Positions 39,223 to 53,126 of a stretch of DNA of 64,000 nucleotides are shown here, piece after piece (position 1 is the first letter of the stretch; each line of letters opens with the position of its first letter). The translations under genes were made by a program, and so were the position numbers. The stretch is from Mobula hypostoma (taxonomy: Eukaryota), in NCBI RefSeq assembly GCF_963921235.1, contig NC_086109.1, positions 34,102,001-34,166,000 on the forward strand. The letters run 5' to 3'. The notes below the pieces were generated by a model. The model had not been told where the DNA came from. It saw only the letters and a list, made by a program, of their open reading frames with translations, and made no database searches.

Positions 39223-40249
39223 GTAAGTATTGATGGAACAAAGTGAGATTAAGTATCTATTTTTAGTAGGCCCGACCCTTCAGTGCACTATCCTTTTGTC
39301 TCTGGGACATTGGTTACTGTTAAAGTCCGGCTTAAAATGTCCCCATTTAAGGCTTCTGTGAAGGACAGTATGAATATTATCCTCAAGCACTAAAAAAAGT
39401 GATCCTGCTCTGCAAAATGGCTGTCAGGAAAAATATAACTTGAATCTGTACCACTGAGGATAACTGCTGTGAGAAGCAAGGTTAGAATTGTGCACCTTGC
39501 CTCCCCCCCCCCCCCCCCCCCCGTCACTAGCAGCTGCCTATGTCAAGAGTACTGGTGGTGGTGGGGGCGGGAAGTAGGGATTGTTGTAGAACCAGATCCC
39601 ACTCCTTCCACAGAAAGGTGTGTGTATTTTGTCTTCACATCACATTAGGAGTTTCAGTGGCAATGCACTAAGATAAAAGTGGTATGTTCAATCCTTATTC
39701 AGCAGTCCAACTTCAGAGAGAGGGAGAGAGAGATAAATAGATACAGAGACAGAGAGAGCTGTTTTACCCTGCAGGTGTGATTTCCTCCAGATGCCAAGAA
39801 TTCTTTGTTGTAATTCCTGACATGCCGAGTTTTGGAATGAATGAAAATAGAACCATGGAAACATCTGAGAGAGAAATGCAATCATGTGCAAATCATGCAG
39901 ATGCAGCAAACAGTAACCAAAACCAGAAAGCACTGGAGATACTCAGTAGGTCAGGCTACAGGGTTAATTCTTCAGATCAATGACCTTTCATCAGAATTGT
40001 GGGGTGGGGGCAGGGAACAGAAGTACATAACGCTTTAATTTGCAGAGCATTCGGAGGGATGGGGAGTTCGAAAGGGAAGGTTTGTGATAGAGCGTAGACC
40101 AACAGTTATGGACAAGCACATGTAGACAAAGGTAATTGAATAGAAAAGATTATGAATGAAGGAGATATAATAAGGAGACAAATTAAGTCTGAGAGGAAGT
40201 GGGTAGAAGCCAGAATAAAAAAAAACAGTAGGGGTAGGGGGAGGATTAT

Positions 40250-40562
40250 AAACTTTCAGGAGATATGTGAGATGAGGTCAGGGGAAAGTGGGTAGGTGGG
40301 GAAGGAGTGATGAAGTGAGAAGCAGTGGGGTGATAGGTGAAGGGCTGAAAAAGAAAGCATCTAATAGGAGAGGACAGTGGACCAGGGAAGAAAAGGAAGG
40401 AGAAAGGAAACCAGAGGGAAGTGATGGGCAGAGGAAGAGAAGAGAAGGGGTGAGAGAGTAACCACTTCATAGATTCTGCTCCATAGATGCTGCCTGATTT
40501 ACTGAGTTTTTTTTTCAGCATTTACCAGGTGTTGCTCAAGATTTCCAGAACCTCTTGTGTCT
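40250..40562. mobile_element. Penelope-like 3' region (minus) joined to a plus-orientation terminal-repeat tail
   Basis: Purine-rich block homologous to 42930-43170, then CTCCATAGATGCTGCCTGATTTACTGAGTT...GATTTCCAG. Confidence 0.65.
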
Positions 40563-40968
40563 CATTTACTGTAATTTTGTCCATAATTTTATGACTATGT
40601 TATTCCTTTGAGCTTCCCCAATGTTCAGATAAGATTGTTGAGACCCATTGGGATTTGTTGGATTCTGTGGAGAGGTATGTACTTCATACAAATCAAAAGT
40701 CTACTGAATACATGATCATTGGGGTAAAACTTCACAATGGAATGTATTATTTCTTCAACAATTCATTGCTGGAATATATGTAAATATGACGCCAAATCTC
40801 CCACATATGTATGATCCAGATTTCTGTACATATGCTTTCATGGTGAAGAAAGTGCTTCTTCCTGGCTGCAACAGCCAAAAACTGGTATTACAGGCATTAT
40901 TGTGAATGCTGGGCAATGACCTCAGGATTCAGTGCCTGAATACCTGTTGAAGGAGCCTTTGTTTTCTC

Positions 40969-41102
40969 TTAGATTAGATTAGATTAGATTAGATTAGATT
41001 CAATTTTATTGTCATTGTGCCAATGAAATGCAGTTAGCACCTGACCAGAAATGCAAAGAATAGTGTTATTTACAAAACAACTGCAAATAAAAAGTAAGTG
41101 CT
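40969..41102 (-). mobile_element. LINE 3' tail with (TTAGA)n microsatellite
   Basis: (TTAGA)6 followed by TTCAATTTTATTGTCA, an inverted AATAAA-like signal. Confidence 0.55.
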
Positions 41103-41309
41103 TCTGCTCTGTACCTCTATTTTTTCATTTCTACCTTTCAGCTTTCATTGATTCCTCCTAACTAGTACTTCAGCCATGTACTCCATCAATAGTCCAGCAT
41201 TCCAGCATCAGAAACTGCATCAAGTTGCTGTCTTTATATTTTTTTGCATGACTGCTCCATGAAATTGTTGAAACTGAGTCTTGTCCACCTTAAAGAGCCA
41301 TGTCCTGTC

Positions 41310-42060
41310 TTTTACTAAATGTCACAACAATAATTTCTCACTCAATGTTAACAAGACCAAAGAGCTGATAATTGACTATTGGCAAGTCCTCATTAGAGGA
41401 TCAGAGGTAGAGATGGTCAGTAACTTTAAATTTCTTAGTGTTAACATATCAGGGGATCTGGCCTGGGCGGCATGTAGGTGTTATCACAAAGAAGGAACAG
41501 AAGCTCCTCTACTGCCTTCAAAGTCTGCGTAGGCTCGGCATGTCATCCAAAACTTTGACAGACTTCAATAGTTGTATAGTGGAGAGAATCCCGACCGGTT
41601 GTATCATATCCTAGTATATAAGCGCCAATGCGCAAGATTGGAAACGTAGTCAGAAAGTAGTTGATATGGCCCAGTCTGTCACAGGAAAAATGCTCCCCAC
41701 CATTAAGCACATTTACAAGGAGCACCGCCACAAGAAAGCAGCATCTATGATCAAGGAGCCCCTACCATGCAGATCATTCTCTCTTCTCACTGCTGCCATT
41801 GGGAAGGAGGTACAGGAACTGTAGATACCACACCACCAGTCTCAGGAACAGTTATTATCCTACAACCATCAGGCTGCTGAAGTAGCCTGGATCACTTCAC
41901 TCACCTCAACTATGAACTGATTCCACAACCTACGGTCTCACTTTCAAGGACTCTAGAGTTCATGTTTTCAGTATTTTTTTATTTGCACAATTTGTCTTTT
42001 TTTGCACTTTAGTTGTTTGCCAGTCTTTGTGTGAAGCTTTTTTTCATTAATTTTTATTAA
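41310..42060 (+). mobile_element. Rex1/Babar-type LINE 3' fragment
   Basis: NNFSLNVNKTKELIIDY...VEMVSNFKFLSVNISGDL...KAASMIKEP...GRRYR. Confidence 0.85.
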
Positions 42061-42821
42061 TTGCAGCAATCAGATTTCCTATGGGATCCACCCTTTCTTG
42101 TCCTTTTTCATTTGCGTATAGGAGGTACATCGACATAGACCTTTATTTCATTTACGCCAACTAGTTCCACTGAGATCCTGTAAAATGTGAAAAAACAACC
42201 AATCTTCCAATGAAACAAGGACAGTCAGAAACCAAATCCTGGATTTTTAAAATCTATTTTCCAAGTGATGAACATTTATACACGGTTCACAAAGAGAGCA
42301 TCATTCAGTTGCAGACTGTCTCATTGGGTGAATTATTAACACAATAGAATATGAGAACATCACGTTAAAACTTGGATTGGATTTTCTGGGTTTATTTTAA
42401 TTCCAATGCGGGCTTATGTATGACAACTGCAGAAGTTGTAATACTGGAAGTAGATTACATCTCACCTCATTTGTCCACTTGTCTGTTGAGTACTGTTCAC
42501 CATGTGGATGGTTGATCCAGTGAATTGAGGACAATAAACAAGCCAACCCCAAGTGAATGCTTACTGAATCTATATGGCAACATGCCTCCTCAGGTCTACA
42601 AGACAGAGCAAATAATAAAAGACACTTACATAACACTAATTTTCTAAATCCATAAAACACTCAACTCACTGCATGCTTGTTTTAAATTAAGAAGGGTATT
42701 GTGGGACTGATTCAATGTCATAAGCCACCAATATTCAACAATGAAGCCATGTCAAAGGGATATTGTCTATTACAGCTGCAAAAAGCAAGGCACACTGTTA
42801 GCAGTGTAAAAGGCTGTATGA

Positions 42822-43342
42822 AGCAACACATACAAAATGCTGGAGGAGCTCAGCAGGTCAGGCTGCATCTATGGAAAAGAGTAAATAGTTGATGTTTCGG
42901 GCCAAGACCCTTCAGCAGGACTGGAGAAAAAAGCTGAGGGTAGAGTTAAAAGGTGGGGGGAGGGGAGAGAGAAATACAAGGTGATAGGTGAAACTGGGTG
43001 GGGGAAGGGTGAAATAAATTGCTGGGAAGTTGATTGGTGAAAGAGATACAGGGCCGGAGAAGGGACAGCCTGATGGGAGAGGACAGAAGGCCATGGAAGA
43101 AGGAAAAGGGGGGAGGAGGAGCACCAGAGGCAGTAGATGGGTGGGCAAGGAGATAAGGTGAGAGATGGAAAAGGGGATGGGGAATGGTGAAGGAGAGGGA
43201 CGGGCTATTACCAGAAATTCAAGAAATTGATGTTCGTGCCAACAGTTTGGAGGCTATCCAGACGGAACGTAAGGTGTTGTTCCTCCAACCTGAGTGTGGT
43301 CTCGTTATGACAATGGAGGAGGCCCCGGATAGACATGTCAGA
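42822..43342 (-). mobile_element. Penelope-like retroelement 3' end
   Basis: The minus strand at about 43341-43209 reads SDMSIRGLLHCHNETTLRLEEQHLTFRLDSLQTVGTNINFLNFW* (GIY-YIG end), followed by the 3' region and terminal repeat. Confidence 0.85.
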
Positions 43343-45509
43343 AAATGCTATCGGACTTAGACCTGCAACAGTTGAAATGGGAGGTCATAAACTGAAACCA
43401 AACTACTCATGGGAAAGCAGTCTGCCTCTCTATCCCTCAAAAAAAAAACTGAATCAATTGACAAATGCAACTGAAATTATAAAAACTAGATGGTTGCTTT
43501 CAAACCTGGATCTGCCACTCTAATGTTATGTAACTAATCTCCATAAAATAGGAGATGGATTATCCAAAATTAGTTTCGAATTTGTCGTCAGTTCTTTCTT
43601 TAGCTCCTATTGGTGTGCAATTACCTATCAATGATAATCCATCATTTTATCATCTAAATTTCCTATTGTCATACTAACTTTGGAGCCCGTATGTAAATAT
43701 GATTATGAATGACCCATCAATAAATGGACAGACATTTCCTTTAGTGAGAAACTCTCCACAAAGGGTACAGATGGGAAAGTGGAGAGGTGCTCCCTGTAGT
43801 TGTTCAAGTGAAGCACAGGTGAGTAATTTTTAGACTGATATGTTTACTGAGATAACACTTGGAAGATGTGAAAAATTTTAACTCACGAACGAATAATGGT
43901 AAGATAGGATAGCTGGACATTACTTCCATCTCCAGTTCACTAGTAAAATAAGTAAAAGTATAAAGCACTTGTAACACTATACCACCCTATTACCATGAAA
44001 TACCTGTTAGTTATTTAACAACAGCATACAAAGACTTATTGTATAGGACAAGAACAGGATGGTTCCATTGGTAACACACAGAACTGTTAATTTAAAACAT
44101 GTGCTCATATTCCTGGTATATAGCTTATATCATTAATTTCCTGCCTCAGACGTGAAGGTGCTGTTGATAGAAATTAATGTCGTGGACAGATATTTGCTGT
44201 GTTATTGCTGAACACTATACCTCAGACCCATTGCTTCAGGAAATACTTGGAAAAAAGAGACCCATGATCTCCGGTCAAAATTTATGATCAGAAGTGTTTG
44301 AGAAGGAAGAGGCTGGTTGTGGGCAGGATAATTTGACCAAGATAAAGTAGAAGGAAGGAATAGAAAGAAAGGACAATGGAGAGAGAGGAGAAGGGAACAG
44401 GATAGAATGTCATTCAAAGTTGAAAATAGGAGAAAAGAAAATAAAGAAAGGAGCAAAGGATGGAGGGAAAGGCGAGGAGGGTAAAGAAGCTGGGATGAAG
44501 ATGGATGCAATTGCTCTGAAGTGAGTTGTGAACAATATGTGAGTTGAAAATGAAGTGAAATATTACATTTTTACTATCAGATAAGGATGATTGCCTTCCC
44601 GTTAAGAAACTTCATTAAGTTAACAGGAAATTCTGGTACTGCGGATAGTTTTTGTTGCTATCCACTGTTTTGCAAATGCTGCATTTATTATTTGGTTTAC
44701 GATAAATGCATCAGGGTCATTTGAACATGGATATGGTCTGATGCTTGAATGAAAAAACAGGGTTTTGGATGTCACAGGGTTTTACATCTAATGGTGCATC
44801 AAAAGGCCATTTAATGCTTTTGCATCCTGATTGCTTTTTTTGTGATTCATTATGTAGCTGGCACATATCCCCTGTGGAGTAAACTGTAGCTGTAATTTTA
44901 AAGATAGGTTGAGAAAAATATTTTCAGATAAACATAATTTGCAGCTGAGTGTTAGTGAGTATTATAGAGGGTTAACCGTGCAACATGAAGTGCTATTGCA
45001 TTGTTATCAATTAGACAAGCTACAAGTATTATGGTGTAAGTCACAGAAGCAATACTTTTGTATATTTGAGCCCCTGCACTTACTTTATCCTATATATTAT
45101 TATTTCAAAGCAATTTTTTTTTGCCTTTTCTGGTTTCAGATGGCATATTCATTCTGGGAGAAATATGAACAGCCTTTTCACAATTTCATTTCTATGAGAA
45201 ATGCATGAAAAAAAATCAGCAAACTAAAGATGATTGTGGGAATGATAACTTTGTCCAAAAATTTAGCACGTCCGCAGCTTCATCATTACCTAGGGCTTTT
45301 GCAATGCAGAACAGAGAAATCCACCACCCACACTCACCGCCTATATTCTCCGTTGCCCCAAACTTTCCTGCGCTGGATCTGAATGGCTGATCTTGGTGGC
45401 AGAGACTGACTATTCTTGAGTGGTGACAGAGCTTCAAACAATATAACTGGCCCAGATGGGAGGAGCAGAACAGGCGATATTTACAAAACTCCCCAGCATA
45501 TATTTGATA

Positions 45510-46480
45510 GACTCTCTAAAGCCAGCTCAGCTATTCTGAGATAAGGGGCCCAAAACTGCTTGCAATCCTCCAAATGTGGTCTGGCCCATGCCTTAGAAGC
45601 CACAGCCGTACACCTTTGATTTTATACTCTAGTCCTCTCAAAATGGATGCCAGCATTGCAGTTGCTTTCCTTACTACTGACTCAACCTGAAAGTTGACCT
45701 TTATGGAATCCTGTACTCAGACTCCCAAGTCCCTTTGCACCTCCATGCTCTGAATTTGCTCCCTATTTAGAATATAGTCTATGCCTTTATTCATGCTACC
45801 AAAGTGCATGACCATGTACTTCCTTACCCTGTATCCCACAAATAATTAACAAAATGAAGCTAGTCTTGTTATTGCCTTTCTTCACCGCAGAAGTGAAAGC
45901 AGCATTCTAATCAGCAATCATGTGGTCCCTTATTTGGTCTCACTTCACACTTCATATTACACACTAAGGAATTCCATCATGCTCCTCTACCATTCTCAAA
46001 CTCCACCTGGAATCCACCTGAAACGCAATGATGGTGTTAAAGGGACTAGAAGGCTTGCGTTGTAAGGACTAGCTAGATAGGCTGGAACATTTTTTCCCCT
46101 GGAGCATAGAAGCCCAAGGGGTGACCTTATAGAGGTTTGTAAAATCACAAGTTGTTAACATAGATGGTTTTGGTCTCAGACTTTTTTCCAAGGGTAGGGG
46201 ATACTGAAATGAGAGGGCTTATATTTACAGTGAGAAGGGAAAGATCTAAAAGGGACCTGAGGGACAACACCTTCACACAAAGGGGTATATGGAATGAGTT
46301 GCAGAGGAAGCTGCAGAGGTGGGTTCAATTGCAATGTTTAAAAGACATTTGGACTGGTACATGGATAGAAAAGGTTTAGAGGGATATGGGCCAAATCCAG
46401 GCAAATGGACGAGCTTGGTTAGACATCTTGGTCAGAGTGGATGAGTTGGCTTTAGGGCCTGTTTCCAAACTGTGTAACCA
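45510..46480. mobile_element. Two CR1 fragments (minus about 45510-45840; plus about 46030-46480)
   Basis: Minus fragment carries MHFGS...QRDLGV-like motifs; plus fragment carries GDLIEVCKI, RDLRDNTFTQR-IWNEL and a 3' UTR. Confidence 0.7.
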
Positions 46481-47114
46481 TGTGTGCCCCTTTGAATCAC
46501 AGACACAGGAATGGGTACTTTGGCTGTTTTCATCCTTGAACCCATTTGCATTAATTCTGTTTTTTTCCCCCCTCTTTCTTCCCATCAACTTTGCTGATTC
46601 TAATGTCACCCACCTACACCAAGGGCAAATCAGGTCATTTTGGCACAAGCAGATCATCCGTAACAAACCAAATGGAAACAGTGAATTTGAAAACCCTACG
46701 AAGTTTACCACTGAGATCAGGATTAGGCGGTGAATCAGGTGGTAGATCAGGCCTATGTCACCGAAGCAGTCAGGGAGCAGTGCTAACTGTTGCATTACTG
46801 TGCCACTTTGCAATGGGGAAGTTGCCAGCGGATTGTGGGGAGCAGACTGAGGCTTCTTTCTTTGTGTCAGAGTCCTGAATCTTGCAGGCTGTCATGTCTA
46901 TAATTACTAGCTAGAACTGCCGACATTTTCATATTATATGTTCTTATATTGATTTCCTTACAAAATAAAAGGAAGTGGTTTGGCCTAATGAATCCATGCC
47001 AGATCTTAGAATATTTCCATCAGTGTCATTGCTAAATTTGTTTTCCTGTAGCCTACTCTCTCTCTCTCCCTCCCTCCCACATGCCCATCAATTCATCCCT
47101 GCTTCTCCCACCTC

Positions 47115-47312
47115 TAAGGATAGTTTGCAGTAACCAAGTAACCTACCAGCATCCTTGGGATGTGGGAGGATATTGGAACACTCAGGGAAACCCACTCAGT
47201 CACAGGGAGAACATTCAAACTCCACATAGAAAGCACATCCGATACACTGAGGATCAGATCTGAGGTGTTGGAACTGTGCTGTAGCAGTACTAGCCTCTGC
47301 AGCGCTGGGCTA
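47115..47312 (-). mobile_element. Older V-SINE copy
   Basis: Minus strand TGTGGAGTTTGAATGTTCTCCCTGTGACTGAGTGGGTTTCCCTGAGTGTTCCAATATCCTCCCACATCCCAAGGA is V-domain-like. Confidence 0.7.
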
Positions 47313-47671
47313 CCCAAAACCCAATACAATTCACACCAAAAGCACACACGGTTAATGAGAATCTTCCTTCTTATGAATAGTTCTATTATTCTCTCTTGTA
47401 TACCAGTTAACAATAAATAAAACTACTACAAAATTGATAAATAAATATATTAACACACATTTTCACTTGTTGAAAATGCCACGTTATGATAAAATTAGAT
47501 GTCGCTCCTTCAGAATAAACTCAAAATTGTCTCTGTGACACTTTGTTCTGAGGAGCTAAAATTCCCCATGGAAGCATTAAATGGCCTGCCTGGCCCAGTT
47601 TTGCTGCTTATGTTCATCTGTGCAATCTGGTGTTACAACAGCCTCTTCTTGTTACTGTTTACATTTAACAG

Positions 47672-47790
47672 ATTAAACGTCTACAGCCACCCAGTTATGC
47701 CAACTGAAGAACAGAATGCGTCTATGAACTCAAATGAATCGTTTCTAGATTATAACAGTGCCAAGGATGAGTGTGAATCTCTTCTAAAGG
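47672..47790 (+). CDS. GGNBP1: GGNBP1-like gene, coding exon 2
   Basis: Acceptor tttaacag| and donor G|gtacgc; 119 nt, phase 2 to 1; (R)LNVYSHPVMPTEEQNASMNSNESFLDYNSAKDECESLLK. Confidence 0.7.
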
Positions 47791-47901
47791 GTACGCAAAA
47801 GTCCTACATTGCATTTCTCTGTTCTGTGTGATGGTTGATACTGTCATTATTTCATAAAATTGCAACTTAAAACATCTTGAAGTACATTGCTTCCATACAT
47901 C

Positions 47902-49414
47902 CAGTGCCTTGAAAATATATTTAGTCCCCAACCTTTTGTTCACGTAAATGAGTATTACAACCAGGGATTTTAATCAATTTAACTGAGAATTTTTGTTTGT
48001 GAATCACATGCTCCTTTTTTCACAGGAGAGCCCCCCACCCCCCCAAAAAACCAGGGAAAATTGTAAAGTGTGAAGGACTAAAAATTCAAAAAGTGAAATG
48101 TCAGCAGTTCAAAAGTATTCATCCCCTTTTGCTCAGTACTTAGTTGGATCACCTCTCACAGCTGTTACAGCCAGTAGTTTTTTTGGATGTCACTTTTAGC
48201 TTTGTACAACAAGGTGGAGCAAGATTTGCTCATTCGTCCTTGCTATTCTGCTCAAGCTGCACCAGGTCAGTTGGGGAGCGGTAGACAGCACTCTTAAGGT
48301 CCTGTCAGAGATGTTTGATTGGTTTAAGGTTAGGACTCTGACTGGGCCACTCAAGGACATCAGTTTTCTTCATTTGAAGCCACTCCATGTTCCGTGCTGA
48401 AAAACAAGATGCTGCCTCCACCATACTTTACAGTAGGGATGGTGTTATCTGGCTGATGTGTGGTATTAGATTTACACCACACATACCACTTATTGAGGTC
48501 TAAGAGTTCCATGTCAGACTCATCCAACCACAAGACCTTCTTCCACATCTTTACAGTATCTTCTAAGTGATGTTTTCCAAAGTCTTTACAGGCAGGGATA
48601 TGCATTTTTTTAAATCCAGGGCTTCTTCCTTGCTACTCATCCAGAAATACCCTTTTTGTGCAGGGCCATAGGGATTGTGGAGCCATGAACTTCATCTCCT
48701 CCTGCAGCTCATTGAGTGTTGGCATCACAGTAGTCTCTCTTACAAGTGCCATTCATCTCTGGTGACTAATTTTGGATGGGTGGCCTACCCTAGGCAGTGT
48801 GGTTACAGTTTCATATTTTTCCATCTTTTCATGATAGACTGTACTGAAGTCCAAGATATGTTCAGTGCCTTTGAGATGGTCTTGTACTCTTCCCAGATTT
48901 TTGCTTCTCTATTATCATTTCCCTGACTAGTCTTGAATGCTCGTTTGTCTTCATTTTTGTTTGGTCTGTTGAAAATCTACCATACTGTTGGACCTCACAG
49001 AGAGAGGGGGTATTTACAGCATTCTTATGATTAATTGAAACAGGTGGTCCTCTAATTTTCTACATCAACAAATTGCGTGAGTTGGTAAGGTAATACCAAT
49101 TCAAGTAATATTGACTAACGCCAACCAACCAACCAACCAACTATACCATCTAATACCAACCAACTAATATTGCACCTGAGGAAAGTTAACTTAGGAATTA
49201 CAAAGGACATGAATACTTTTTTAGCCTCACAATTTTGGTTTTTAAGTTTTGGTGAATTATTGACAGATTTTGGAATTTTTCTTTCGATTTGATATGATGC
49301 ACAAAATTTTGTAGATTACCTCAAAAAATCCTCTTCAATATATTTTAAATTTTAAAAGTTAGATAGTAAAATGTGAAAATAGTTGTGGGGTTTGAGTAGT
49401 TTTTCAAGGCACTG
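47902..49414 (-). mobile_element. Tc1-family DNA transposon (IR/DR type), near full length, dead transposase
   Basis: Termini CAGTGCCTTGAAAA and TTTTCAAGGCACTG|TA; inner repeat AAAAGTATTCATCCCC near 48111; transposase remnants [10 protein letters not shown]...TVKYGGGSI and VLEWPSQSPNLKPI. Confidence 0.92.
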
Positions 49415-50669
49415 TAGGTGTATTTAATTTGCAATACATATTTGGCAGTGCAAATTTTGTCAGATAAAATCAGGAAATGTTAATACGCAGGAAGAGGAGC
49501 AGAGATAACATTTCAGGTAGACAACATTTCATTAGAATTAGGAAAATATGTAATTAAATGTCTTGAGTTCCAGTAAATTAGTGGAAAAGGAGAATGGAGG
49601 GAATAAAGGGAATGTCTACGATAGGTTGAAGAATGGGAGTGACTGTAATTCAAATTGTGATGTGTCTTGCTGAATGAAGATGGAGAAGACCAGGATGGAG
49701 GAGATATAAAGAGAAGGGGAAAGAAGGGAGAGAAAAAATACTGGAAATTTGAAGTACAGAACACAGCAGTTGTTGGAGATCTGAACTAAAAAAGAATGCT
49801 GGAAATAAGCCAACAGCTTAGGCAGCATTTGCAAAGACAGCTAATGTTACAGCTTTATGACCTTTCATCAGAATTAGCCTGCTGTGATAAGGCTGGTTAT
49901 TTGAAATTGCTGAATAACATTTTTGCCAATATTGTTTCCCCAACTTCTAAATGGAAAAACATTCATCACTGACTGGAGGCAGTGACCCCCCCCCCCCCCC
50001 AATCTGGAGGTGCAGACTTGGCTCCTTTCATCAGTTACTTGATTCATTTTGTGCAAGGCTCTCACCTAATTACATTCAACAGAGTCATTTTAAAATGACA
50101 GACAAATTTGCTAATGCTTTCTGAATGTTAAATTCATGATCATAAAGGGGAACACAGATTTCATCCACCTCCTGACATGGATAAGGACTTAATTGTTCTT
50201 TATGCAGTTGGGAGTTAAGAAACAATATAATCTCTTGAAAACTTACTACTATGATGAATTCAGATGATTATGTCACCAAAGATCAATGATGAACAGTCAG
50301 TGCACAGAAAAGATGGATAGTTTATTAACATTTATGGTAGCCAACAGTATTTTGCCTGAGCAACAGGTATATCTGTGAAAAGAAGATACTTAGATTATCA
50401 GTACTCTGGTAAAGGAACAGTATGGAAAAATATGCAATGGTATTATAATATTGGATCAGTATCTATGTGACTATGCATGTGCATACTGTTGTGTGTGTGT
50501 GTGAGATTGTATACATAAGAGCTGAATGGATAATTCACCTTGCCTGATCAGTTAAGTTCAATTGCTTCTCATCCAGGCTGAATAATTTTTCATGGAGTGG
50601 TGTACATTAACAATTGCTTCATTAGAAATATCTGAAAATGTAAATAAACTTTTGTTTTTGATTTTATAG

Positions 50670-50764
50670 CTCAGTCAAAAGAGAACAGTGTAAGAATGCC
50701 TCTGTCACCATGGGGCAAGCTGTTGAGCATGTACAGAAAAATGAAAGAGTCTCCTATTCCCAAA
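50670..50764 (+). CDS. GGNBP1: GGNBP1-like gene, coding exon 3
   Basis: Polypyrimidine tract plus tttatag|, donor AAA|gtaggt; 95 nt, phase 1 to 0; (A)QSKENSVRMPLSPWGKLLSMYRKMKESPIPK. The W-x-x-LLSMY motif matches mammalian GGNBP1 as I recall it. Confidence 0.82.
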
Positions 50765-52533
50765 GTAGGTTGGCTTTTTCTTCATACCTCTTTTGATTGC
50801 ACCTTTTATTACTATGCCTTTGTCATCTGATCTCCATGGAGAAATATTCCTAACGTCTCCTTTCTCAATGATAACTTTCAAGCTTTTGATAGCTTCAATT
50901 GGAACAGTCATAGGCAAAAGTCCAAGAATAAGTTCTTGGTAATAGACTATACACAATGCACATGCAAAAAAAATACAAGGCAGAGAGATTCAAAACAAAC
51001 TGTGAGAGAGTTTAATCAGGATGACTGATAGACAGGGGATATGCTAGGCTCTTAGGAAGAAATAATAAAATAAAAAGCATGAACTTTCATTCAGAAGGCT
51101 GGGGGTAATGAAAAAAATGCAGTGATTATTACAAATTTTTATTCATTTATCTGAAAGTTTCTTAATACCCACCTTTCTACTTCATAAGAATAGAAGGAAC
51201 ATTAGTTAGTACATAGTACTGGGGTAGTGGAGGTATAATTTGTCCATCAGTGCTGATCACCCCATCCTTGACCAAGCTGTTCCGCCATGAACACGATCTG
51301 TTATGAGTCAACATGATGCTTTCAGATCAGGTCATGCATAGCACATAGCTCCACCGCACTGGTCAGGTGTGTTTCTGGGGTACCGGGGCTAGCGATCCTT
51401 GTGCTGTTCGGTGTACTTGCTACATATGATTTTTTGTGTTCCGTTGCTGAGCAGCAGTGAACCATCTGATTGACCTCTCAGAGTTCTCTTTGGGAACTAG
51501 TTGACTTGATCAGCATTTCTGATCTGGCAATTGTTCATGATTGCACTTAAAAAAAAAAATAGTATTACATGTTATTTCCAAAACCGACATTTTGGGATTT
51601 GCAAGGAATACACGATATAATTATTTTCATGTGTTAATGTTGTTTTTCTCAAAACACCTATGTGGAACCATAGAAGCTTCCAATAATGCAGCCCTGAAGG
51701 AGATAATTTCATGCTGTGTGCTTATGCTGTCTTTAAAAGAATTATTAGATTAGTTCCTCACATCTTCCTTTCCTTTTACCCTGTGATTTTCTATCCATTC
51801 AAGTAGTTATCAAAGTCTCTTTTGGAAGTTATTTTCACATCTGTTTCTACCACACTTTCAGGTAGCTCATTCCAAATCACAGCAACCCACTGGATATATA
51901 AAAAAAATTACATGATGTCTGGTTCTTTAATCTCAGTCATCTGTTTTATAATCTCTCCTACCAGCATAAGCAGTTATGTCTTATTTACTTCAACAATACT
52001 GTTCCTGACTTTCAATTCCACAAGGAAATCTTCTGTTAATTTACTCTGTCTTTAAGTTATAATACCCACATCTTCAAGTAATCAAAAGAAATGCTGGGAT
52101 AAATAATGAAATAAAATTGGAAAATTTTAGAAATATATGGCAGTTGTGTCAGGATCGATAAGCAGAAATGCTACTGACTCATTGGTAGGTAGGTGCTCCA
52201 GCAGAATTAAAGTCTAAAGTAAAGCCCAAAATAGTAGCAAGTGCAATGTAGAAGATGGAACAACCATCATGAACAGCAGTAATTAAAGTTTGAGAATAGC
52301 AGCAACATGGCAGATGATGTATTTTTGGCAAGCCAAACAAACAAAGGAATGTGGCATTGTTAAATTAATAAAAGGCATGAGTCAACCTATATCAGGAAAG
52401 AAGCCAAAAATCTATGTTTTGACATAGTTTCACTATACTTAAAACACCAGTTCCCCTGTACACTATAAAGGAAAGTGACCAGTTAAAGGCAGGTAGAAAC
52501 CAAATGGCACAGGAATAAAGAGTATCTCTATTA

Positions 52534-53126
52534 GAACATAGAACATAGAATAGTACAGCACAGTACAGGCCCTTCAGCCCACAATGTTGTGCCGACCCTC
52601 AAACCCTGCCTTCCATATAAGCCTCCACCTTAAGTTCCTCCATATACCGGTCTAGTAGTCTCTTAAACTTCACTAGTGTATCTGCCTCCAACACTGACTC
52701 AGGCAGTGCATCCCACGCACCAACCACTCTCTGAGTAAAAAACCTTCCTCTAATATCCCCCTTGAACTTCCCACTCTTTACCTTAAAGCCATGTCCTCTT
52801 GTATTGAGCAGTGGTGCCCTGGGGAAGAGGCGCTGGCTATCCACTCTATCTATTCCTCTTATTATCTTGTACACCTCTATCATGTCTCCTCTCATCCTCC
52901 TTCTCTCCAAAGAGTAAAGCCCTAGCTCCCTTAATCTCTGATCATAATGCATACTCTCTAAACCAGGCAGCATCCTGGTAAATCTCCTCTGTACCCTTTC
53001 CAATGCTTCCACATCTTTCCTATAGTGAGGTGACCAGAACTGGACATAGTACTACAAGTGTGGCCTAACCAGAGTTTTGTAGAGCTGCATCATTACATCG
53101 CGACTCTTAAATTCTATCCCTCGACT
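52534..53126 (-). mobile_element. Young 5'-truncated CR1 LINE
   Basis: Uninterrupted ORF2 C-terminus (FWSPHYRKDVEALERVQRRFTRMLPGL...RRMRGDMIEVYKIIRGIDRVD...FFTQRVV), 3' UTR and (TTCTATG)n tail. Confidence 0.93.

Noticed and set aside
45140..45390. Strong acceptor (ttttctggtttcag|) as an extra GGNBP1-like coding exon
   Set aside because: All three frames hit a stop within about 70 nt, and exons 1 and 2 already join in frame without it.
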